DNA of 64,000 nucleotides from Escherichia coli (GTDB lineage Bacteria; Pseudomonadota; Gammaproteobacteria; Enterobacterales; Enterobacteriaceae): NCBI RefSeq assembly GCF_001677475.2, contig NZ_CP015229.1; one strand, 5' to 3'. Shown piece by piece: positions 57,051 to 64,000 of this stretch (position 1 is its first letter; each line of letters starts with the position of its first letter). The notes under the pieces were generated by a model. It saw only the letters and a program-made list of their open reading frames with translations, ran no database searches and was not told where the DNA came from. The position numbers and the translations under genes were made by a program.

Positions 57051-57863
57051 CTAGACACTTCCGAGCCGTTGATAATACTGGTTTTCATATTCTGTCGGTG
57101 ACATCTGATCGCTGGAACCATGCCGACGCTTACTGTTATAAAACATTTCGATGTAATCAAAAATATCGCTGCGGGCTTCTTCCCGCGTTCCGTAGATCTT
57201 TTTCTTTATCCGTTCGCGTTTCAACAACTGGAAAAAGCTTTCTGCAACCGCATTATCATGGCAGTTACCGCGACGGCTCATGCTGCCCTCCAGGCCGTGT
57301 GATTTCAGGAACGACTGCCACTCATGGCTTGTGTACTGACTGCCCTGATCCGAATGAACCAGCACCTGTTTTTGGGGATTACGGCGCCATACAGCCATCA
57401 GCAGTGCGTTCAGGACAATGTCCTTTGTCATCCGGGATTGCATGGACCAGCCGATAATTTTGCGTGAGAACAGATCAACAACCACGGCAAGATACAGCCA
57501 GCCTTCGTGGGTCCTGATGTAGGTTATGTCCGTTACCCAACGCTTATCCGGAGCATCCGGATTGAACTGTCGCTGGAGCCTGTTGGGCGACACGATACTG
57601 GCCTCGCCTTTACGTGCCCGCGGGCTCCGGTATCCGACCTGAGCCTTTATCCCGACACGTTTCATCAGTCGCCAGACTCTGTTCACTCCGCACTGTTGCC
57701 CGCTGTCCCGCAGATCCAGATGGATTTTGCGATAACCATAGACGCATCCCGATTCCAGCCAGAACTGTTTAATCTGCCCTGTCAGCCTCAGGTCTGCCTG
57801 ATGGCGTTGTGAATGCGGCTGCTGAAGCCAGGCGTAAAAACCACTGGGATGAACATCCAGCAC
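57051..57863 (-). CDS. IS3-family transposase OrfB (DDE integrase domain), made as an OrfAB fusion by -1 frameshift
   Basis: 270-aa ORF containing the conserved SDQGSQYTS motif. Confidence 0.85.
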   Translation of the reverse strand: MLDVHPSGFYAWLQQPHSQRHQADLRLTGQIKQFWLESGCVYGYRKIHLDLRDSGQQCGVNRVWRLMKRVGIKAQVGYRSPRARKGEASIVSPNRLQRQFNPDAPDKRWVTDITYIRTHEGWLYLAVVVDLFSRKIIGWSMQSRMTKDIVLNALLMAVWRRNPQKQVLVHSDQGSQYTSHEWQSFLKSHGLEGSMSRRGNCHDNAVAESFFQLLKRERIKKKIYGTREEARSDIFDYIEMFYNSKRRHGSSDQMSPTEYENQYYQRLGSV

Positions 57864-57919
57864 CCGACAGAGCAGGCGAACAGGCCAGCAACAGGTGTTG
57901 TCACGGATAAAGGCGTACC

Positions 57920-58204
57920 TCAGTCGGACAGCTTTGCGAAGTACGCCGCGGCTTTTTTTAATATGTCCCGTTCGTCGGTAACCCGCTTCAGCTCTTTCTG
58001 GAGACGGCGGATCTCGGCCTGAGCATCTGACTGTTCTTTATTAGCGGAAGAATCCGGACCGTACTTCTTTATCCAGGCGTAAAGGCTGTGGGTGGTGATA
58101 TCGAGACGTGTTGCAACGCTGGCAACAGAATAACCGCGATCAACAACCTGTTTGACTGCTTCAATTTTAAACTCTTCGGGATAACGCTTACCGCTCATGG
58201 GCAC
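57920..58204 (-). CDS. IS3-family transposase OrfA (HTH DNA-binding)
   Basis: 94-aa ORF ending KKAAAYFAKLSD, with the A-AAA-AAG heptamer in the KKA codons. Confidence 0.85.
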   Translation of the reverse strand: MPMSGKRYPEEFKIEAVKQVVDRGYSVASVATRLDITTHSLYAWIKKYGPDSSANKEQSDAQAEIRRLQKELKRVTDERDILKKAAAYFAKLSD

Positions 58205-58427
58205 CTCTCTTTAAGCCATCTTAAATGACTCTGAGGTGTCTGTTAAACCCGTGGCGATTCAAAGATCGTCCAAGAGCGCACCAAATAACAGATGGTTATA
58301 GTCGTCGAAAACATCAGTCGCCTAAGTTCACCTTAGAACTAGTGCTGTTTTGTGTCCCACCCATGCCCCACTGCCCCTTCTTTTCCTTCCTGCCCTATAC
58401 TTTCAGTCTGACTGACTGGAGGCTTCT

Positions 58428-59018
58428 ATGTGTGGACGTTTTGCACAAGCCCAAACCCGTGAAGAATACCTGGCATACCTGGCCGATGAGGCTGATCGCG
58501 ATATCGCATACGACCCGGAGCCTATTGGCCGGTACAACGTGGCGCCCGGTACCAAAGTTCTGCTCCTGAACGAACGCGACGAGCAGCTGCACCTCGATCC
58601 GGTTCTGTGGTCGTACGCGCCCGGGTGGTGGGATAAGCAGCCGCTGATTAACGCGCGCGTCGAGACGGCGGCCACTAGCCGCATGTTCAAACCTCTCTGG
58701 CAGCATGGCCGGGCGATCTGTTTTGCAGATGGGTGGTTCGAATGGAAGAAGGAAGGCGAAAAGAAACAGCCCTACTTCATTATCAACCCGGTCACTGGTA
58801 AGCCGGTCTCGGGTAATAACAAAGGCAGTATGTTGCTCATCTGGCGACCATTCCCGCGGGCAAACTGCCACTTCGCAACAGTGGAGAGGGATGAGTTGAT
58901 GACATTCGGAGCGAAACTTCTCGCCCGGTGGGAGGCCGCATATGGATTAAAGTACACCTCTGGTAATCCATGTATAATTAGATACCAGAGGAGCTTTGAA
59001 CCAAAAAAATATTATTAA
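58428..59018 (+). pseudogene. Truncated paralog of yedK (SRAP N-terminal region fused to unrelated C-terminal sequence)
   Basis: 196-aa ORF; first ~117 aa closely match YedK, remainder unrelated; upstream ~45 bp also resembles the yedK upstream region. Confidence 0.65.
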
Positions 59019-59812
59019 TTTCTATGTCTATAGGAGCCTCCAAGTCTAAATCCAAAAGTATATCTTTTAATATTATCAAACAAAAAAGCCTGCTCGTTAT
59101 TAAATATATTCAATTGAGACAGCTTTTCCATGAATGTTTTTGTCTCATCCATAAACTTCTCTGCAAATGAAGGATGTTTTAGCGCTTCAAAGAGTGTTGC
59201 GGAAAAATTTGTTTTTGCAAACATAGAGGCGCTTTGTAATTTATTTTGCCACTTAACTAAATAGTCATCACCTTCATTGTTTAATATTTCTTGGCTTGGC
59301 AGAACCAGTGCTGTTCCATGTGCTATAGCGTTCCGAAGGTGGAACATAGCAGTGAACGCATTTTTATCGGACATCATATCTTCAACCTTCAAGCCAGTAT
59401 AATCTTTAATCGCCTTTTTAAGATTATCCCAGCTCCCATTTGCTTCTAACTCTATATGCAAATTGAAAATCTTGTTATACGATCGAAAAATAGTTCTTGC
59501 GTTTTCTTTATTTGGTTCCGTTGCTGCAAGTTCCCCCATTGCATGGTGATCTTTCGATACAGCAGCGGTGAAAACCTGCCTCAAAATACCTTCAACAATC
59601 GCAGCATTCAGACTTATTAACGTGAGATTTCTGAATATGTTCTCATCTTTTAAAACTATTGTTTCTTTTGGGTTGCCATAGCGATCAAGTTGATCATAAT
59701 CCTTGTCTATTGCACCATTTTTAATCTTAATCGCAATTTCTTCGTATTGCTGAAGTAAATAAACATTAGTATTAAATATGTTAAATGAAGTTATCCTCGG
59801 AACAATTTCCAT
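59015..59812 (-). CDS. Hypothetical protein with a HEPN-type Rx4H motif; candidate abortive-infection/toxin RNase
   Basis: AT-rich ORF (272 aa from first ATG at 59833; 265 aa from ATG at 59812, which has a GAGGGG Shine-Dalgarno sequence); motif FHLRNAIAHG at residues 165-174 of the 272-aa numbering. Confidence 0.5.
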   Translation of the reverse strand: MEIVPRITSFNIFNTNVYLLQQYEEIAIKIKNGAIDKDYDQLDRYGNPKETIVLKDENIFRNLTLISLNAAIVEGILRQVFTAAVSKDHHAMGELAATEPNKENARTIFRSYNKIFNLHIELEANGSWDNLKKAIKDYTGLKVEDMMSDKNAFTAMFHLRNAIAHGTALVLPSQEILNNEGDDYLVKWQNKLQSASMFAKTNFSATLFEALKHPSFAEKFMDETKTFMEKLSQLNIFNNEQAFLFDNIKRYTFGFRLGGSYRHRN

Positions 59813-60015
59813 TGTCACACCCCTCGATTTCATTAAATCCTGATATGAGAAGCTATGGTATCAACAAATGTGAAAAAATCTAGTTAGAACCCAGAAAAAT
59901 GCTTAATAGGCCATTTAAGCAACGTCTTAATACTTATCGAATACTTGGAGATGTAGCAGAACCCCGGAGGTATTAAGCGGAGAATTCTACGCGCTATGCG
60001 TGCGACATGAGGAGG

Positions 60016-60228
60016 TTAAGCAATCATTCCGAAATGCTTCATCGCTTGCTCGATGAAAGTAACGTAATTAACAGGGCATTCATACACTTTTGAGTCAGGA
60101 GAGATACGGTTCGGCGCCTTCTTCATCTTGAACCCATGCATGTGCTTAACATGAGCGATATGGCATGTCTTAACACTGACACCATGGTTAGCTTTGACGT
60201 ATTCCTGGATCTGCTTATAGGTAGCCAT
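60016..60228 (-). CDS. Hypothetical small protein (70 aa)
   Basis: ORF track gives 77 aa from a GTG; AGGAG Shine-Dalgarno sequence sits 7 nt before the internal ATG (MATYKQIQEYVK...), taken as the start. Confidence 0.5.
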   Translation of the reverse strand: MATYKQIQEYVKANHGVSVKTCHIAHVKHMHGFKMKKAPNRISPDSKVYECPVNYVTFIEQAMKHFGMIA

Positions 60229-60342
60229 GCACCTCTCCTTTTTCATCACGACTCAATATACATGACAGGAAGCGCAGTGATAGCCAGTTATGTTCTAACC
60301 TGAGATTTAACCCGCGATATACTTTCTGCAACGGAGGATCCC

Positions 60343-60591
60343 ATGGCAGAAAGAAATGATAAGCCGCCTAAACCGGTTGCTGTCAGTCGGAGAATAATCA
60401 AAGGGCTTAGTCAATGCGAGCGGTGCAAGAAAACAAGGCTGGAGTGCCGCCGCATAGCGATGTCAGACGGAACAAGAATCGTCGCCTGTTTTGATTGTAT
60501 GACCGCCAAAAGCATAACTGGTAAAAAGCAAAAAAAGCTCAAAGTGTTTGAAATTTTAACCGCCTTTGAATCATCTCGACGAAAGCACTAA
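60343..60591 (+). CDS. Hypothetical Cys-rich small protein (possible zinc ribbon)
   Basis: 82-aa ORF with CxxC-x6-C...CxxC spacing and a basic C-terminal tail. Confidence 0.45.
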   Translation: MAERNDKPPKPVAVSRRIIKGLSQCERCKKTRLECRRIAMSDGTRIVACFDCMTAKSITGKKQKKLKVFEILTAFESSRRKH

Positions 60592-60640
60592 CCATCTATA
60601 GCCGCCCACTGAGGCGGTTTCTTTTTGCCTGGAGAAAACC

Positions 60641-60886
60641 ATGAGCGACATTATCAACCTGGTACCGAATAAATGGGTGACTGAGCAGAACCTGATCGCA
60701 GTCACCGGATTAAGGCCAGGAACCATTGAACGAGCCCGCCGCGAGTCATGGTTCGCCGGCCGCGAATATATGCATGTTTCACCCGATGGAAACCCAAAGC
60801 CAAACAGTGAATGCATGTACAACACAGAAGCCATTAATCACTGGATCGAACAGCAAGCATCAAAACAGCCGGGTGCTCATTCATGA
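60641..60886 (+). CDS. Excisionase-like protein (lambda Xis-like motif)
   Basis: 81-aa ORF directly upstream of the integrase; TIERARRESWFAGREYMHV resembles lambda Xis ETVRRWVRE...GREYLFH. Confidence 0.6.
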   Translation: MSDIINLVPNKWVTEQNLIAVTGLRPGTIERARRESWFAGREYMHVSPDGNPKPNSECMYNTEAINHWIEQQASKQPGAHS

Positions 60887-60931
60887 TGAACGGGTTATGC
60901 TTATCAGGCTCTTGGACGTCAGGAGGGGATA

Positions 60932-62233
60932 ATGGCTAAATCAGCATACCCAACAGGCGTTGAGAACCACGGAGGAACTCTCCGCATATGGTTCATCTAT
61001 AAAGGCAGCCGGGTTCGTGAAAGTCTCGGCGTGCCGGATACACCAAAAAACAGAAAGATCGCTGGCGAGCTACGCGCGTCGGTGTGCTTTTCGATTAAGA
61101 CCGGTAACTTCAATTATGCGGCCCAGTTTCCGGACTCACCTAATCTGAAAAGATTTGGCGTGGAGAGTAAGGAAATAACCGTGCTGGAACTAGCGAACAA
61201 GTGGCTTGAACTGAAGCGTATGGAGATCAGCACCAACGCGATGTCACGCTATGCATCTATAGCGCGCAACATGGTGCCCAGGATTGGTGGGGACAGGCTG
61301 GTATCTGCGGTAACGCAGGAAGATCTGCTGTTTATCAGGAAGGAATTGCTGACCGGTTATCACACGCTGAAAGTCGGGCAGAAAACGCCGGTTAAGGGCC
61401 GCTCAGTCAGAACGGTCAACAACTACATGAAGACCATGGGCGGGATGTTTAAGTTTGCCGCTGATAGCGGTTATGTACGGGTGAATCCGTTCACCGGGAT
61501 CGCCATGCTTAAGCGGTCACGATGCGAGTCTGACCCGCTGACGCGCGATGAGTTTGTCAGGTTGATTAACGCCTGCGCCCACCAGCAACTGAAAAACATG
61601 TGGTCTCTTGCCGTCTACACCGGCGTGCGCCACGGAGAACTTGTGTCGCTGGCCTGGGAAGATATCGACATGAAAGCGGGTACGATGATGATCCGCCGGA
61701 ACCACACGTTAACGAAGGAATTCACCCTTCCGAAAACAGAGGCCGGGACTGACCGTATCATCAACCTCATTCAGCCAGCGATCGACGTGCTGAAGAGCCA
61801 GGCCGAATTAACACGCCTGGGTAAGCAGTATCAGGTTGAGGTGAAACTGCGCGAGTATGGCCGAACCGATGTGCATCCGTGCACGTTCGTGTTCAACCCG
61901 CAGATCGCTTCGCGTAACAGCCGTGCCGGGCATCATTACGCAGTGGGGTCGATCAACCAGTCATGGGAGGCAGCAATGCGGCGCGCCGGGATTCGCTATC
62001 GCAGAGCATACCAGTCCCGACACACGTATGCATGCTGGTCGTTGGCTGCCGGTGCCAACCCGAACTTCATCGCGAAGCAAATGGGCCACACCGACGCGCA
62101 AATGGTTTACCGGGTGTACGGATCCTGGATGGCTGAAAATAACCAGGACCAGGTACTCATCCTCAACCAGAAATTGAGTGAGTTTGCCCCATCCATGCCC
62201 CACGCCGTGGGAACGGATGGTTATTATTTATAA
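60932..62233 (+). CDS. Tyrosine-type site-specific integrase (phage/island integrase), intact
   Basis: 433-aa ORF; C-terminal catalytic region HTYACWSLAAG...MGHTDAQMVYRVYG with the tyrosine nucleophile context; ends 20 bp from the fliE stop. Confidence 0.88.
   Translation: MAKSAYPTGVENHGGTLRIWFIYKGSRVRESLGVPDTPKNRKIAGELRASVCFSIKTGNFNYAAQFPDSPNLKRFGVESKEITVLELANKWLELKRMEISTNAMSRYASIARNMVPRIGGDRLVSAVTQEDLLFIRKELLTGYHTLKVGQKTPVKGRSVRTVNNYMKTMGGMFKFAADSGYVRVNPFTGIAMLKRSRCESDPLTRDEFVRLINACAHQQLKNMWSLAVYTGVRHGELVSLAWEDIDMKAGTMMIRRNHTLTKEFTLPKTEAGTDRIINLIQPAIDVLKSQAELTRLGKQYQVEVKLREYGRTDVHPCTFVFNPQIASRNSRAGHHYAVGSINQSWEAAMRRAGIRYRRAYQSRHTYACWSLAAGANPNFIAKQMGHTDAQMVYRVYGSWMAENNQDQVLILNQKLSEFAPSMPHAVGTDGYYL
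62165..62205 (+). repeat. 41-bp direct repeat (copy 2), candidate att core inside the integrase 3' end
   Basis: Identical to 56904..56944. Confidence 0.7.
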
Positions 62234-62253
62234 ATATCATTAGGTTAGGTAAC

Positions 62254-62568
62254 CTAAACTTGCATGCCCATCACTTCCTGATACGCCGCCACCAGCTTAT
62301 TACGCACCTGAATCCCCATTTGCATAGAAACTGAGGCTTTTTGCATATCGGTCATCACATCGTTTAACGCCACGCCGGGTTCACCGAGAGTGAATTTTTC
62401 TGCCTGCGTGCGGGCGGCTGTTTGTGTATCGCTTATGCGATCGAGCGCGGCGTGCAGCTGCCCGGCAAAACTAATGGTCGGTTGCGGCAGTGATTCCTGC
62501 GCACGCGCACTCATCGCCGTAGCCTGTAACTGGCTGATAACCCCTTCAATCCCCTGTATCGCTGACAT
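62254..62568 (-). CDS. fliE: Flagellar hook-basal body protein FliE
   Basis: 114-aa ORF; start set at [10 protein letters not shown] (104 aa). Confidence 0.95.
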   Translation of the reverse strand: MSAIQGIEGVISQLQATAMSARAQESLPQPTISFAGQLHAALDRISDTQTAARTQAEKFTLGEPGVALNDVMTDMQKASVSMQMGIQVRNKLVAAYQEVMGMQV

Positions 62569-62782
62569 TTTCATCTCCCGGATAATTTCTGGTAGCAAAG
62601 CCTACCAGTAAGTCAATAAGACAAAGGCGCTAAATAGCAACAAAAAAACGGGTTTATTGGCGGATAAAAAAAAACGAAAGCACAAATAATGGGAGCGTCA
62701 ATTTTTCGAGTTTGCTGACCCGGGAGTGAGTCTTGTTCCACTTTGCCAATAACGCCGTCCATAATCAGCCACGAGGTGCGCG

Positions 62783-64000
62783 ATGAATGCGACTGCAGCC
62801 CAGACAAAATCTCTTGAGTGGCTTAATCGCCTGCGTGCGAATCCGAAAATTCCATTGATTGTTGCCGGTTCCGCAGCAGTAGCGGTCATGGTCGCACTGA
62901 TCCTGTGGGCGAAAGCCCCCGACTACCGCACATTATTCAGCAATCTTTCCGATCAGGATGGTGGCGCAATTGTCAGCCAACTGACGCAAATGAATATTCC
63001 TTACCGCTTCAGCGAAGCCAGCGGCGCTATTGAAGTTCCGGCAGATAAAGTTCACGAACTGCGCCTGCGCCTGGCGCAACAAGGTTTGCCAAAAGGCGGC
63101 GCGGTCGGTTTCGAACTGCTCGATCAGGAAAAGTTTGGTATCAGCCAGTTCAGCGAACAGGTGAATTATCAGCGGGCGCTGGAAGGCGAGCTTTCTCGTA
63201 CCATCGAAACTATCGGCCCGGTAAAAGGGGCGCGCGTACATCTGGCAATGCCGAAACCGTCTTTATTCGTCCGTGAACAAAAATCCCCTTCTGCATCGGT
63301 GACGGTAAATCTGTTACCCGGCCGCGCACTCGATGAAGGGCAAATTAGCGCCATTGTACATCTGGTTTCCAGCGCGGTTGCTGGTCTGCCGCCGGGGAAC
63401 GTCACGCTGGTGGATCAGGGTGGACATCTGTTAACCCAGTCCAATACCAGCGGGCGCGATCTTAATGACGCTCAGTTGAAATATGCCAGCGATGTCGAAG
63501 GCCGTATTCAGCGGCGTATTGAAGCGATCCTGTCGCCAATTGTTGGTAACGGTAATATTCACGCCCAGGTCACGGCGCAACTGGACTTCGCCAGTAAAGA
63601 ACAAACGGAAGAACAGTATCGCCCTAACGGTGATGAATCTCATGCGGCGCTTCGTTCACGTCAGCTTAATGAGAGTGAGCAAAGCGGTTCCGGTTATCCG
63701 GGCGGCGTACCGGGGGCGTTGTCGAATCAACCGGCACCTGCGAATAACGCGCCAATCAGCACGCCTCCGGCAAATCAAAATAACCGCCAGCAGCAGGCGA
63801 GCACCACCAGCAATAGTGGGCCGCGTAGCACACAGCGGAATGAAACCAGTAACTACGAAGTCGATCGCACCATTCGTCATACCAAAATGAACGTGGGCGA
63901 TGTGCAACGTCTGTCAGTCGCGGTAGTGGTGAATTACAAAACCTTGCCAGATGGCAAACCGTTGCCTCTCAGCAACGAACAGATGAAGCAAATTGAAGAT
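62783..64000 (+). CDS. fliF: Flagellar MS-ring protein FliF (5' portion; continues past the window end)
   Basis: Open frame from ATG at 62783 translating MNATAAQTKSLEWLNRLRANPKIPL; no stop within the window. Confidence 0.93.
   Translation, partial: MNATAAQTKSLEWLNRLRANPKIPLIVAGSAAVAVMVALILWAKAPDYRTLFSNLSDQDGGAIVSQLTQMNIPYRFSEASGAIEVPADKVHELRLRLAQQGLPKGGAVGFELLDQEKFGISQFSEQVNYQRALEGELSRTIETIGPVKGARVHLAMPKPSLFVREQKSPSASVTVNLLPGRALDEGQISAIVHLVSSAVAGLPPGNVTLVDQGGHLLTQSNTSGRDLNDAQLKYASDVEGRIQRRIEAILSPIVGNGNIHAQVTAQLDFASKEQTEEQYRPNGDESHAALRSRQLNESEQSGSGYPGGVPGALSNQPAPANNAPISTPPANQNNRQQQASTTSNSGPRSTQRNETSNYEVDRTIRHTKMNVGDVQRLSVAVVVNYKTLPDGKPLPLSNEQMKQIED

Larger units (their letters stand above)
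57033..58261 (-). mobile_element. IS3-family insertion sequence (1229 bp), apparently complete
   Basis: Imperfect terminal inverted repeats TGAATCGCCACGG...; 3-bp direct repeat AAG at 57030..57032 and 58262..58264; orfA and orfB with an A7G slippery site at 57952..57959. Confidence 0.85.

Noticed and set aside
57033-58261. Calling the insertion sequence IS3 itself, IS2 or IS911
   Set aside because: The OrfA/OrfB sequences do not match those elements as I remember them; only a family-level call (IS3 family) is justified without an ISfinder search.
58428-59018. A functional second SRAP/YedK peptidase
   Set aside because: Similarity to YedK ends after about 117 residues and the remaining sequence is unrelated, so the conserved C-terminal part of the fold is missing.
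60016-60249. Assigning the 70-aa protein to a named antitoxin or regulator family
   Set aside because: No motif I can confidently recognise; any family name would be a guess.

Overview
This window is an Escherichia coli chromosomal segment covering the flagellar/chemotaxis regions II and III and the genes between them (torZY to fliF). Gene order matches E. coli K-12 from memory, but this is not K-12: fliC is a longer allele (550 aa), no IS sits upstream of flhD, and the argS-flhE gap is only 52 bp. Core content, in order: torZ-torY, cutC, yecM, argS, flhEAB, cheZYBR-tap-tar, cheWA-motBA, flhCD, uspC, otsAB, araHGF, ftnB, yecJ, azuC, yecR, ftnA, yecH, tyrP, yecA, tRNAs leuZ-cysT-glyW, pgsA, uvrCY, yecF, sdiA, tcyNL, dcyD, tcyJ (fliY), fliZ, fliA, fliC, fliDST, amyA, yedD, yedEF, yedK, yedL, fliE and the start of fliF. 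The accessory part is the roughly 6.8 kb between yedL and fliE (about 55.4-62.25 kb). It holds an intact AT-rich leucine-rich-repeat protein (YedN-like), a remnant of an integrase 3' end, a complete IS3-family element with an AAG target duplication, a truncated yedK paralog, an AT-rich protein with a HEPN-type Rx4H motif next to a 70-aa protein, a Cys-rich small protein, a lambda-Xis-like excisionase and an intact tyrosine integrase ending 20 bp from fliE. The integrase/fliE 3' junction is duplicated at the left edge of this unit with a 41-bp identical core, which points to repeated site-specific integration here. The HEPN-like gene and its small neighbour are the best candidate for an undescribed defence or toxin module, but that rests on one motif and context only. 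All gene calls rest on the supplied ORF translations and my recall of E. coli proteins; no database search was run.
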